From NCBI GenBank assembly GCA_028826165.1, contig JAPDFW010000008.1, positions 1 through 64,000 of the forward strand: a DNA stretch of 64,000 bases. Reading direction: 5' to 3'. A program made the position numbers and the translations under genes. Positions 1 through 11,710 of the stretch are shown piece after piece; position 1 is the stretch's first letter, and each line of letters starts with the position of its first letter. The stretch comes from Anaeramoeba ignava BMAN. Its lineage: Eukaryota; Protista; Anaeramoebae. The notes below the pieces were generated by a model. The model ran no database searches, had not been told where the DNA came from, and worked only from the letters and a program-made list of their open reading frames with translations.

Positions 1-1112
1 TAATAAAGGAATGAGTTCAAATTTCCACAAAGAACATGATAACTAGAAATATCTTCATTAAATCTTAATTTAGGAAGTTCAATTTGAATTGGAATTGGTT
101 GATTATTTGTATCTCCAATTCCTAATTGACCAGATTCATTATCTCCAAATGATATCATTTTCCCTTTGTAAGTTAAAATCAAACTATGGTAATCACCACA
201 AGAAAAATCAAGAATATCATCATCATTTTCAAATAAAGATGATTTGATTTCAGTAAATTCATCAATAATTTCATTTTTTCTAAGTCCATTATATTCATAA
301 CCTCCACATGAATAAAGTTTTCTTTTTGGATTTTCAGTTTCATTTTCATTTTCAATCAACATTATTGAATGCCAACCTCCACATTGAATATCAATTATTT
401 TACCTTTTGGAATATTTTGGATTTTAGTTAATTTTTGGATTCCATCTTCTTTTCTTCTTGATTGTCCTAATCCAAGTTGTCCAAATCCATTAAATCCGCA
501 TCCAAATAATTCTTGATTTGAATTTAAAAGAAAAACATATCTTGAAGAATTTCCTGAAAATATTTTAGAAACATTTTTCATCATTAAAATTGGTTTTTCT
601 GTTCTTTTAAGTGTTTTAGAATCAAAACCAAGTTGACCAAAATTATTTAACCCAATTCCATAAGCATTTTGATTTGAAGTTAATAAGTAAATTGAATATT
701 CTCCACAAACAATATCTTGAATTATTCTATCATTTATATCTTCAATTAATGATGAAATATTGATAAATTCTTTTGGATTTTTTGAATTAATATCTTCTCC
801 TTTTGCAAATACATTTCCTTCTTTTGTTAAAATAGCTTCAATATCATCACCAACAGTTACTTTTTGAATATTTTCTTCAATTTGGATTTCTTCAGGTTTT
901 TGATTTGAATCGTTTTCATGTAAATATTCTATTGCTTTTCCATTTTTAAAAAGGAAAATTATTGAAGTATTTCCTGATGAAATTTGTTTAATTTGTTTTT
1001 CATTTTCATTTTCATTTTCAAATTTAAATTGAATTGGTTTTGTTATTTCTTCTGGTTCATTTTTGATAAGAATTGGAAATTCATTTCTTCCAAAAAATAT
1101 AATTTCATTCAT
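1..1112 (-). CDS. RCC1-repeat + BTB protein, paralogue 1 (3' part runs off the window)
   Basis: ATG at 1112 (MNEIIFFGRNEFPILIKNEPEE...); near-identical to the paralogues at 3573-5351 and 5565-7397; RCC1-type GQLG motifs. Confidence 0.9.
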   Translation of the reverse strand, partial: MNEIIFFGRNEFPILIKNEPEEITKPIQFKFENENENEKQIKQISSGNTSIIFLFKNGKAIEYLHENDSNQKPEEIQIEENIQKVTVGDDIEAILTKEGNVFAKGEDINSKNPKEFINISSLIEDINDRIIQDIVCGEYSIYLLTSNQNAYGIGLNNFGQLGFDSKTLKRTEKPILMMKNVSKIFSGNSSRYVFLLNSNQELFGCGFNGFGQLGLGQSRRKEDGIQKLTKIQNIPKGKIIDIQCGGWHSIMLIENENETENPKRKLYSCGGYEYNGLRKNEIIDEFTEIKSSLFENDDDILDFSCGDYHSLILTYKGKMISFGDNESGQLGIGDTNNQPIPIQIELPKLRFNEDISSYHVLCGNLNSFLY

Positions 1113-1533
1113 TTTTAAAAAGAAAAAAATGAAAAAAATGAAAAAAATGAAAAAAATGATTTTGGAATTTTAATTTTAATTTTAATTTTAATTTTAATTT
1201 TAATTTTAATTTTAATTTTAATTTTGATTTTGATTTTAATTTTAATTTTAATTTTAATTTTAATTTTAATTTTGATTTTAATTTTAATTTTAATTTTGAT
1301 TTTGATTTTGATTTTGATTTTAATTTTGATTTTAATTTTAATATTAATTTTAATTTTAAATTTAATTTTAATTTTAATTTTAATTTTAATTTTAATTTTA
1401 ATTTTAATTTTAATTTTAATTTTAATTTTAATTTTAATTTTAATTTTAATTTTGATTTTGATTTTAATTTTGATTTTGATTTTAATTTTGATTTTAATTT
1501 TAATTTTGATTTATTTTGGTTTTGATTTTAATT

Positions 1534-3339
1534 TTAATTTTGATTATTAAATTTGTTAATTAATAAATCAAATAAATTTGGATTTGTTTCATTTAATTGA
1601 AAATAATCAATTCCTGTTTCTAATTCATTAATTATTTCTTGTGTAATTTGAATTCCTTCTTTAATTTGATTTGAATAAATCCAATATTCAAATATTTGAA
1701 ATGATTTATTACTTAATTCACTATAATCTGTAACTTTATTTGATTTATCTTCAGTTACAGATAAAAACATTCCTCGATATAATTCACTTCTCATTATTAA
1801 TATTAATTTAGGAAATTTATATTGTTTTTCTTTTCTTTCAATAATAAAATCTTTTTCATTTTCATTTTCATTTAAATAAATTCTTTTCATTGTTTCTTCA
1901 ATTTTTTCATTTGAATTTATAATTTCTTTAATTTCAGAATATAATTTTGGATTTATTATTCTATTTGAATAAATCATTTCAAATATTTGATTTGATTCTT
2001 TAATTGATTTATTTGAAATAATTTCTTGAAGTTTTTCAATTTGGTTTTGATTTTGATTTAATCTGTATTTCAATATTAATTTATGAGCTTCAATTATTTC
2101 TCCATTTTCGGTTTTAAATGAAATATCACAAAATTCTTTTCTTTTAAATAATTTTATCAAATCTTCTTCAAGATTGGAAAAAGAAGGAGGAGAATAATAA
2201 AGAAATGATCTTTGAAATCCACAAAGAACATGATAATTAGAAATATCTTCATTAAATCTTAATTTAGGAAGTTCAATTTGAATTGGAATTGATTGATTAA
2301 TTGTATCTCCAGTTCCTAATTGACCAGACGAATTATCACCAAATCCTATCAATTTTGAATTGGAAGTTAAAATCAAACTATGAGCATTTCCAACAGAAAT
2401 TTCAAGAATATTATCATTATCATTTTCAAATAAAGATGATTTCATTTCAGTAAATTTATAAGTATCTTCATCTTTGCCAAGTCCATTTAAATTATAAGCG
2501 CCACATGAATAAAGTTTTCTTTTTGGATTTTGATTTTCATTTTCAATCAACATTATTGAATAAGCAAATCCACATTGAATATCAGTTATTTTGCCTTTTG
2601 GAATATTTTGGATTTTGATTAATTTTTGGATTTTTCTTTCATTTCTTCTTGTTTCTTCTAATCCAAGTTGAGCATATAAATTATATCCACATCCAAATAA
2701 TTTTTGATTTGAATTTAAAAGAAAAACATGAGCCGAAGTATTTCCTGAAAATATTTTAGAAACATTTTTCATTATTAAAATTGGTTTTTCTGTTTTTTTA
2801 AGTGTTTTAGAATCAAAACCAAGTTGACTAAATTGATTTGAACCAATTCCATAAGTATTTTTATTTGAAGTTAATAAGTAAATTGAATTTCTTCCAGAAA
2901 CAATATCTTGAATTATTCTATCATTTGTATCTTTAATTAATGATGAAATATTGATAAATTCATTTGGATTTTTTGAATTTATATCATATCCTTTGGCAAA
3001 TACATTTCCTTCTTTTGTTAAAATAGCTTCATTATTCCAGCCAACAGTTACTTTTTGAATATTTTCTTCAATTTGGATTTTTTTAGGATTTTGATTTGAA
3101 TCTTGTAAATATTCTATTGCTTTTCCATTTTTAAAAAGGAAAATTATTGAAGTATTTCCTGATGAAATTTGTTTAATTTGTTTTTCATTTTCATTTTCAT
3201 TTTCATTTTCATTTTCATTTTCATTTTCATTTTCATTTTCATTTTCAAATTTAAATTGAATTGGTTTTGTTATTTCTTCTGGTTTATTTTTGATAAGAAT
3301 TGGTTTTTTATTTTTACCAAAAAATATAATTTCATTCAT
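1534..3339 (-). CDS. RCC1-repeat beta-propeller + tandem BTB/POZ protein (intronless)
   Basis: 601-aa ORF; RCC1 motifs (G.N..GQLG, ISVG.AHSLILT); BTB motifs (FCDISF...IEAHKLIL; KDFII...KLILIMRSELYRGMF). Confidence 0.92.
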   Translation of the reverse strand: MNEIIFFGKNKKPILIKNKPEEITKPIQFKFENENENENENENENENENENEKQIKQISSGNTSIIFLFKNGKAIEYLQDSNQNPKKIQIEENIQKVTVGWNNEAILTKEGNVFAKGYDINSKNPNEFINISSLIKDTNDRIIQDIVSGRNSIYLLTSNKNTYGIGSNQFSQLGFDSKTLKKTEKPILIMKNVSKIFSGNTSAHVFLLNSNQKLFGCGYNLYAQLGLEETRRNERKIQKLIKIQNIPKGKITDIQCGFAYSIMLIENENQNPKRKLYSCGAYNLNGLGKDEDTYKFTEMKSSLFENDNDNILEISVGNAHSLILTSNSKLIGFGDNSSGQLGTGDTINQSIPIQIELPKLRFNEDISNYHVLCGFQRSFLYYSPPSFSNLEEDLIKLFKRKEFCDISFKTENGEIIEAHKLILKYRLNQNQNQIEKLQEIISNKSIKESNQIFEMIYSNRIINPKLYSEIKEIINSNEKIEETMKRIYLNENENEKDFIIERKEKQYKFPKLILIMRSELYRGMFLSVTEDKSNKVTDYSELSNKSFQIFEYWIYSNQIKEGIQITQEIINELETGIDYFQLNETNPNLFDLLINKFNNQN

Positions 3340-3572
3340 TTTTGAAAAGAAAAAAAAATGAAAAAATGATTTTTGGAATTTTAATTTTAATTTTAATTTT
3401 AATTTTAATTTTAATTTAAATTTTAATTTTAATTTAAATTTTAATTTTAATTTTAATTTTAATTTTAATTTTAATTTTAATTTTAATTTTAATTTTAATT
3501 TTAATTTTAATTTTAATTTTAATTTTAATTTTAAATTTGATTTTAATTTTAATTTTAATTTTAATTTTAATT

Positions 3573-5351
3573 TTAATTTTGATTATTAAATTTTTTAATT
3601 AATAAATCAAATAAATTCGGATTTGTTTGATTTAATTGAAAATAATCAATTCCTGTTTCTAACTCATTAATTATTTCTTGTGTAATTTCAATTTCATCTT
3701 TAATTTGATTTGAATAAATCCAATATTCAAATATTTGAAATGATTTATTACTTAATTCACTATAATCTGTAACTTTATTTGAAGTATCATTTGTTACAGA
3801 TAAAAACATTCCTCGATATAATTCACTTCTCATTATTAATATTAATTTTGGAAATTTATATTGTTTTTCTTTTCTTTCAATTATAAAATCTTTTTCATTT
3901 TCATTTTCATTTAAATAAATTCTTTTCATTATTTCTTCAATTTTTTCATTTGAATTTATAATTTCTTTAATTTCAGAATATAATTTTGGATTTATTATTT
4001 TGTTTGAATAAATCATTTCAAATATTTGATTTGATTCTTTAATTGATTTATTTGAAATAATTTCTTGAAGTTTTTCAATTTCATTTTCATTTTGATTTAA
4101 TCTGTATTTCAATATTAATTTATGAGCTTCAATTATTTCTCCATTTTTGGTTTTAAATGAAATATTACAAAATTCTTTTCTTTCAAATAATTTTATCAAA
4201 TCTTCTTCAAGATTGGAAAAAGAAGGAGGAGAATAATAAAGGAATGAATTGTAAACTCCACAAAGAACATGATAATTGGAAATATCTTCATTAAATCTTA
4301 ATTTAGGAAGTTCAATTTGAATTGGAATTGGTTGATTATTTGTATCTCCAATTCCTAATTGACCAGATTCATTATCTCCAAATGATATCATTTTCCCTTT
4401 GTAAGTTAAAATCAAACTATGGTAATCACCACAAGAAAAATCAAGAATATTATCATTTTCAAATAAAGATGATTTGATTTCAGTAAATTCATCAATAATT
4501 TCATCATATTTTCCAAGTCCATTATATTCATAGCCTCCACATGAATAAAGTTTTCTTTTTGGATTTTGATTTGGATTTTGATTTTCATTTTCAATCATCA
4601 TTATTGAATGCCAACCTCCACATTTAATATCAATTATTTTACCTTTTGGAATATTTTGGATTTTGGTTAATTTTTGGATTCCATCTTCTTTTCTTCTTGA
4701 TTCTCCTAATCCAAGTTGTCCATATGCATTAAATCCGCATCCAAATAATTCTTGATTTGAATTTAAAAGAAAAACATGAAATGAAGAATTTCCTGAAAAT
4801 ATTTTAGAAACATTTTTCATCATTAAAATTGGTTTTTCTGTTTTTTTAAGTGTTTTAGAATCAAAACCAAGTTGACCATAATGATTTAAACCAATTCCAT
4901 AAGCATTTTGATTTGAAGTTAATAAGTAAATTGAATATTCTCCACAAACAATATCTTGAATTATTCTATCATTTGTATCTTCAATTAATGATGAAATATT
5001 GATAAATTCTTTTGGATTTTTTGAATTAATATCTTCTCCTTTTGCAAATACATTTCCTTCTTTTGTTAAAATAGCTTCAATATCATCACCAACAGTTACT
5101 TTTTGAATATTTTCTTCAATTTGGATTTTTTTAGGATTTTGTTTTGAATCATCTTCATTTAAATATTCTATTGCTTTTCCATTTTCAAAAAGGAAAATTG
5201 TTGAAAAAGAACCTGATGAAATTTGTTTAATTTGTTTTTCATTTTCATTTTCATTTTCAAATTTAAATTGAATTGGTTTTGTTATTTCATATAGTTCATT
5301 TTTGATAAATTTTGGTTGATAATTTGCACCAAAATATAAACAATCATCCAT
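3573..5351 (-). CDS. RCC1-repeat + BTB protein (intronless)
   Basis: 592-aa ORF, tandem paralogue with the same motifs. Confidence 0.92.
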   Translation of the reverse strand: MDDCLYFGANYQPKFIKNELYEITKPIQFKFENENENEKQIKQISSGSFSTIFLFENGKAIEYLNEDDSKQNPKKIQIEENIQKVTVGDDIEAILTKEGNVFAKGEDINSKNPKEFINISSLIEDTNDRIIQDIVCGEYSIYLLTSNQNAYGIGLNHYGQLGFDSKTLKKTEKPILMMKNVSKIFSGNSSFHVFLLNSNQELFGCGFNAYGQLGLGESRRKEDGIQKLTKIQNIPKGKIIDIKCGGWHSIMMIENENQNPNQNPKRKLYSCGGYEYNGLGKYDEIIDEFTEIKSSLFENDNILDFSCGDYHSLILTYKGKMISFGDNESGQLGIGDTNNQPIPIQIELPKLRFNEDISNYHVLCGVYNSFLYYSPPSFSNLEEDLIKLFERKEFCNISFKTKNGEIIEAHKLILKYRLNQNENEIEKLQEIISNKSIKESNQIFEMIYSNKIINPKLYSEIKEIINSNEKIEEIMKRIYLNENENEKDFIIERKEKQYKFPKLILIMRSELYRGMFLSVTNDTSNKVTDYSELSNKSFQIFEYWIYSNQIKDEIEITQEIINELETGIDYFQLNQTNPNLFDLLIKKFNNQN

Positions 5352-5564
5352 TTTTGAAAAAGAAAAAAATGAAAAAAATGAAAAAAATGAAATTTTGGAA
5401 TTTTAATTTTAATTTTAATTTTGATTTTAATTTTAATTTTAATTTTAATTTTAATTTTAATTTTAATTTTAATTTTAATTTTATTTTTAATTTTAATTTT
5501 AATTTTAATTTTAATTTTAATTTTTATTTTGTTTTTAATTTTAATTTTAATTTTGATTTTAATT

Positions 5565-7397
5565 TTAATTTTGATTATTAAATTTGTTAATTAATAAATC
5601 AAATAAATTTGGATTTGTTTCATTTAATTGAAAATAATCAATTCCAATTTGAATTTCATTAATTATTTCTTTTGTAATTTGAATTTCATCTTTAATTTGA
5701 TTTGAATAAATCCAATATTCAAATATTTGAAATGATTTATTACTTAATTCACTATAATCTGTAACTTTATTTGAAGTATCATTTGTTACAGATAAAAACA
5801 TTCCTCGATATAATTCACTTCTCATTATTAATATTAATTTTGGAAATTTATATTGTTTTTCTTTTCTTTCAATAATAAAATCTTTTTCATTTTCATTTTC
5901 ATTTAAATAAATTCTTTTCATTGTTTCTTCAATTTTTTCATTTGAATTTATAATTTCTTTAATTTCAGAATATAATTTTGGATTTATTATTTTGTTTGAA
6001 TAAATCATTTCAAATATTTGATTTGATTCTTTAATTGATTTATTTGAAATAATTTCTTGAAGTTTTTCAATTTGGTTTTCATTTTGATTTTGATTTAATC
6101 TATATTTCAATATTAATTTATGAGCTTCAATTATTTCTTCATTTTCTGTTTTAAATGAAATATTACAAAATTCTTTTCTTTCAAATAATTTTATCAAATC
6201 TTCTTCGAGATTGGAAAAAGAAGGAGGAGAATAATAAAGGAATGAATTGTAAACTCCACAAAGAACATGATAATTGGAAATATCTTCATTAAATCTTAAT
6301 TTAGGAAGTTCAATTTGAATTGGAATTGGTTGATTATTTGTATCTCCAATTCCTAATTGACCATAATCATTATCTCCAAATGATATCATTTTCCCTTTGT
6401 AAGTTAAAATCAAACTATGGTAATCACCACAAGAAAAATCAAGAATATCATCATCATTTTCAAATAAAGATGATTTGATTTCAGTAAATTCATCAATAAT
6501 TTCATTTTTACTTTTGATAAGTCCATTATATTCATAACCTCCACATGAATAAAGTTTTCTTTTTGGATTTTGATTTTGATTTTGATTTTCATTTTCAATC
6601 AACATTATTGAATGCCAACCTCCACATTGAATATCAATTATTTTACCTTTTGGAATATTTTGGATTTTGGTTAATTTTTGGATTCCATCTTCTTTTCTTC
6701 TTGATTCTCCTAATCCAAGTTGTCCATATGCATTAAATCCGCATCCAAATAATTCTTGATTTGAATTTAGAAGAAAAACATATCTTGAAGAATTTCCTGA
6801 AAATATTTTAGAAACATTTTTCATTATTAAAATTGGTTTTTCTGTTTTTGGAAGTGTTTTAGAATCTAAACCAAGTTGACCAAAATAATTATCTCCAATT
6901 CCATAAGCATTTTGATTTGAAGTTAATAAGTAAATTGAATATTCTCCACAAACAATATCTTGAATTATTCTATCATTTGTATCTTCAATTAATGATGAAA
7001 TATTGATAAATTCTTTTGGATTATTTGGATTAATATCTCCTCCTTTTGCAAATACATTTCCTTCTTTTGTTAAAATAGCTTCAATATCATCACCAACAGT
7101 TACTTTTTGAATATTTTCTTCAATTTGGATTTTTTTAGGATTTTGTTTTGAACCTTCTAAATATTCTATTGCTTTTCCATTTTTAAAAAGGAAAATTATT
7201 GAAGTATTTCCTGATGAAATTTGTTTAATTTGTTTTTCATTTTCATTTTCATTTTCATTTTCATTTTCATTTTCATTTTCATTTTCATTTTCATTTTCAT
7301 TTTCAAATTTAAATTGAATTGGTTTTGTTATTTCTTCTGGTTCATTTTTGAAAAGAACTGGAAATTCATTTCTTCCAAAAAATATAATTTCATTCAT
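5565..7397 (-). CDS. RCC1-repeat + BTB protein (intronless)
   Basis: 610-aa ORF, tandem paralogue. Confidence 0.92.
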   Translation of the reverse strand: MNEIIFFGRNEFPVLFKNEPEEITKPIQFKFENENENENENENENENENENENEKQIKQISSGNTSIIFLFKNGKAIEYLEGSKQNPKKIQIEENIQKVTVGDDIEAILTKEGNVFAKGGDINPNNPKEFINISSLIEDTNDRIIQDIVCGEYSIYLLTSNQNAYGIGDNYFGQLGLDSKTLPKTEKPILIMKNVSKIFSGNSSRYVFLLNSNQELFGCGFNAYGQLGLGESRRKEDGIQKLTKIQNIPKGKIIDIQCGGWHSIMLIENENQNQNQNPKRKLYSCGGYEYNGLIKSKNEIIDEFTEIKSSLFENDDDILDFSCGDYHSLILTYKGKMISFGDNDYGQLGIGDTNNQPIPIQIELPKLRFNEDISNYHVLCGVYNSFLYYSPPSFSNLEEDLIKLFERKEFCNISFKTENEEIIEAHKLILKYRLNQNQNENQIEKLQEIISNKSIKESNQIFEMIYSNKIINPKLYSEIKEIINSNEKIEETMKRIYLNENENEKDFIIERKEKQYKFPKLILIMRSELYRGMFLSVTNDTSNKVTDYSELSNKSFQIFEYWIYSNQIKDEIQITKEIINEIQIGIDYFQLNETNPNLFDLLINKFNNQN

Positions 7398-7648
7398 TTT
7401 TTGAAAAGAAAAAAAATGAAAAAATGATTTTTGGAATTTTAATTTTAATTTTAATTTTAATTTTAATTTAAATTTTAATTTTAATTTTAATTTTAATTTT
7501 AATTTTAATTTTAATTTTAATTTTAATTTTCATTTTAATTTTAATTTTAATTTTAATTTTAATTTTAATTTTAATTTTAATTTTAATTTTAATTTTAATT
7601 TTAATTTTAATTTTGATTTTGATTTTGATTTTAATTTTAATTTTAATT

Positions 7649-9508
7649 TTAATTATTAAATTTGTTAATTAATAAATCAAATAAATTTGGATTTGTTTGA
7701 TTTAATTGAAAATAATCAATTCCTCTTTCCATTTCATCAATAATTTCTTGTGTAATTTCAATTTCATCTTTAATTTGATTTGAATAAATCCAATATTCAA
7801 ATATTTGAAATGATTTATTACTTAATTCACTATAATCTGTAACTTTATTAGAAGTATCATTTGTTACAGATAAAAACATTCCTCGATATAATTCACTTCT
7901 CATTATTAATATTAATTTAGGAAATTTATATTGTTTTTCTTTTCTTTCAATAATAAAATCTTTTTCATTTTCATTTTCATTTAAATAAATTCTTTTCATT
8001 GTTTCTTCAATTTTTTCATTGGAATTTATAATTTCTTTAATTTCACAATATAATTTTGGATTTATTATTTTGTTTGAATAAATCATTTCAAATATTTGAT
8101 TTGATTCTTTAATTGATTTAGTTGAAATAATTTCTTGAAGTTTTTCAATTTGGTTTTCATTTTGATTTTGATTTAATCTATATTTTAATATTAATTTATG
8201 AGCTTCAATTATTTCTCCATTTTCTGTTTTAAATGAAATATCACAAAATTCTTTTCTTTCAAATAATTTTATCAAATCTTCTTCAAGATTGGAAAAAGAA
8301 GGAGGAGAATAATAAAGAAATGATCTTTGAAATCCACAAAGAACATGATAATTGGAAATATCTTCATTAAATCTTAATTTAGGAAGTTCAATTTGAATTG
8401 GAATTGATTGATTAATTGTATTTCCAATTCCTAATTGACCAGACGAATTATTACCAAATCCTATCATCTTTGAATTGGAAGTTAAAATCAAACTATGTGC
8501 ATTTCCAACAGAAATTTCAAGAATATTATCATTATCATTTTCAAATAAAGATGATTTGATTTCAGTAAATTCATAAGTATCTTTATCATATTTGCCAAGT
8601 CCATTTAAATTATAAGCGCCACATGAATAAAGTTTTCTTTTTGGATTTTGATTTTCATTTTCAATCAACATTATTGAATAAGCAAATCCACATTGAATAT
8701 CAATTATTTTGCCTTTTGGAATATTTTGGATTTTGGTTAATTTTTTGATATTTGTTTCTCTTCTTGTTTCTTCTAATCCAAGTTGATCATATAAATTATA
8801 TCCGCATCCAAATAATTTTTGATTTGAATTTAAAAGAAAAACATGAGCCGAAGTATTTCCTGAAAATATTTTAGAAACATTTTTCATTATTAAAATTGGT
8901 TTTTCTGTTTTTTTAAGTGTTTCAGAATCAAAACCAAGTTGACCATAATAATTTGAACCAATTCCATAAGCATTTTGATTTGAAGTTAATAAGTAAATTG
9001 AATTTCTTCCACAAACAACATCTTTAATTATTCTATCATTTGTATCTTCAATTAATGATGAAATATTGATAAATTCATTTAAATTTTTTGAATTAGTATC
9101 ATATCCTTTGGCAAATACATTTCCTTCTTTTGTTAAAATAGCTTCATTTTTCCAGCCAACAGTTACTTTTTGAATATTTTCTTCAATTTGGATTTTTTTA
9201 GGATTTTGATTTGAATAATATTCATTTAAATATTCTATTGCTTTTCCATTTTTAAAAAGGAAAATTGTTGAAAAATCTCCTGTTGAAATTTGTTTAATTT
9301 GTTTTTCATTTTCATTTTCATTTTCATTTTCATTTCCATTTTCATTTCCATTTTCATTTTCATTTTCATTTTCATTTTCATTTTCATTTTCATTTTCATT
9401 TTCATTTTCATTTTCAAATTTAAATTGAATTGGTTTTGTTATTTTATTTGTTTCATTTTTGATAAGTTTTGGTTTTTTATTTTTACCAAAAAATATAATT
9501 TCATTCAT
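7649..9508 (-). CDS. RCC1-repeat + BTB protein (intronless)
   Basis: 619-aa ORF, tandem paralogue closest to 1534-3339. Confidence 0.92.
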   Translation of the reverse strand: MNEIIFFGKNKKPKLIKNETNKITKPIQFKFENENENENENENENENENENENGNENGNENENENENEKQIKQISTGDFSTIFLFKNGKAIEYLNEYYSNQNPKKIQIEENIQKVTVGWKNEAILTKEGNVFAKGYDTNSKNLNEFINISSLIEDTNDRIIKDVVCGRNSIYLLTSNQNAYGIGSNYYGQLGFDSETLKKTEKPILIMKNVSKIFSGNTSAHVFLLNSNQKLFGCGYNLYDQLGLEETRRETNIKKLTKIQNIPKGKIIDIQCGFAYSIMLIENENQNPKRKLYSCGAYNLNGLGKYDKDTYEFTEIKSSLFENDNDNILEISVGNAHSLILTSNSKMIGFGNNSSGQLGIGNTINQSIPIQIELPKLRFNEDISNYHVLCGFQRSFLYYSPPSFSNLEEDLIKLFERKEFCDISFKTENGEIIEAHKLILKYRLNQNQNENQIEKLQEIISTKSIKESNQIFEMIYSNKIINPKLYCEIKEIINSNEKIEETMKRIYLNENENEKDFIIERKEKQYKFPKLILIMRSELYRGMFLSVTNDTSNKVTDYSELSNKSFQIFEYWIYSNQIKDEIEITQEIIDEMERGIDYFQLNQTNPNLFDLLINKFNN

Positions 9509-9567
9509 TTTTGAAAAGAAAAAAAATGAAAAAATAATTTTTGAATTTTTGATTTTAATTTTAATTT

Positions 9568-11565
9568 TAAATAATAAAATATTTAAATTTAAAACAATAA
9601 ATTATTATTTTAATAATAAAATTAAATATTAAATTATATTTTTAAATTGATTTATTAATTAAATATTAAATTAAATCTATTCCTATTTTTATATTTATAT
9701 GTTAAATTTTTAAATAATAAAATATTTAAATCTAAAACAATAAATTATTATTTTAATAATGAAATTAAATATTAAATTATATTTTTAAATTAATTTATAA
9801 ATTAAATATTAAATTAAATCTATTCTTATTTTTATATTTATATGTTAAATATTTAAATAATAAAATATTTAAATATAAAACAATAAATTATTATTTTAAT
9901 AATAAAATTAAATATTAAATTATATTTTTAAATTAATTTATATATTAAATATTAAATTAAACTTATTCTTATTTTTATATTTATATGTTAAATATTTAAA
10001 ATTTAAAATAAAATATTTAAATTTAAAACATTAAATTATTTTTAAACATAAAATTAAATATTAAATTATATTTTTAAATTAATTTATAAATTAAATATTA
10101 AATTAAATCTATTCTTATTTTTTATATTTATATGTTAAATATTTAAATAATAAAATATTTAAATATAAAACAATAAATTATTATTTTAAACATAAAATTA
10201 AATATTAAATTATATTTTTAAATAAATTTATAAATTAAATATTAAATTAAACTTATTCTTATTTTTTATATTTATATGTTAAATATTTAAATAATAAAAT
10301 ATTTAAATCTAAAACAATAAATTATTATTTTAATAATAAAATTAAATATTAAATTATATTTTTAAAATAAATTTATAAATTAAATATTAAATTAAATCTA
10401 TTCCTATTTTTATATTTATATGTTAAATTTTTAAATAATAAAATATTTAAATCTAAAACAATAAATTATTATTTTAATAATAAAATTAAATATTAAATTA
10501 TATTTTTAAATTGATTTATTAATTAAATATTAAATTAAATCTATTCCTATTTTTATATTTATATGTTAAATTTTTAAATAATAAAATATTTAAATCTAAA
10601 ACAATAAATTATTATTTTAAACATAAAATTAAATATTAAATTATATTTTTAAATTGATTTATAAATTAAACATTAAATTAAATCTATTCTTATTTTTTAT
10701 ATTTATATGTTAAATATTTAAATAATAAAATATTTAAATCTAAAAACAATAAATTATTATTTTAATAATAAAATTAAATATTAAATTATATTTTTTAAAA
10801 TTAATTTATAAATTAAATATTAAATTAAATCTATTCTTATTTTTATATTTATATGTTAAATATTTAAATAATAAAATATTTAAATTTAAAACAATAAATT
10901 ATTATTTTAATAATAAAATTAAATATTAAATTATATTTTTAAATTGATTTATAAATTAAATATTAAATTAAACTTATTCTTATTTTTATATTTATATGTT
11001 AAATATTTAAAATAATAAAATATTTAAATCTAAAACATTAAATTATTATTTTAATAATAAAATTAAATATTAAATTATATTTTTAAAATTGATTTATAAA
11101 TTAAATATTAAATTAAATCTATTTCCATTTTTATATTTATATGTTAAATATTTAAATAATAAAATATTTAAATTTAAAACAATAAATTATTATTTTAAAC
11201 ATAAAATTAAATATTAAATTATATTTTTAAAATAATTTATAAATTAAATATTAAATTAAACTTATTCTTATTTTTTATATTTATATGTTTAATATTGAAA
11301 TAATAAAATATTTAAAATATAAAACAATAAATTATTATTTTTAAACATAAAATTAAATATTAAATTATATTTTTAAAATAATTTATAAATTAAATATTAA
11401 ATTAAATCTATTCCCATTTTTTATATTTATATGTTTAAATATTTAAATAAGAAAATATTTAAATCTAAAACATTAAATTATTATTTTAATAATAAAATTA
11501 AATATTAAATTATATTTTTAAAATAATTTATAAATTAAATATTAAATTAAATCTATTCCTATTTT
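9568..11565. repeat. AT-rich tandem satellite, about 143-146 bp unit, about 14 copies
   Basis: Marker CTATTC(C/T)TATTTTTATATTTATATGTTAAA recurs at about 9677, 9820, 9963, 10108 ... 11553. Confidence 0.92.
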
Positions 11566-11710
11566 TATTTATTTTTTTTTTATTTTTATTTTTTTTTCAT
11601 TTTTCTTTTTTTATTATTTTTTATTCAACTAACAAAAAAAAATTTACTTATTTATCAAAAGAAGATAAAGTTAAATAAAAATAAAAATAATTAAATTTAA
11701 TAAAATAAAT

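Noticed and set aside
1224-1550. ORFs such as (IL)n, (NF)n, (KI)n, (YI)n here and at 5312, 12494, 14244, 25374, 27159, 31220, 36009, 38996, 62246, 62439, 63508-63808
   Set aside because: Translations of intronic or intergenic microsatellites, or off-frame and antisense readings of coding repeats
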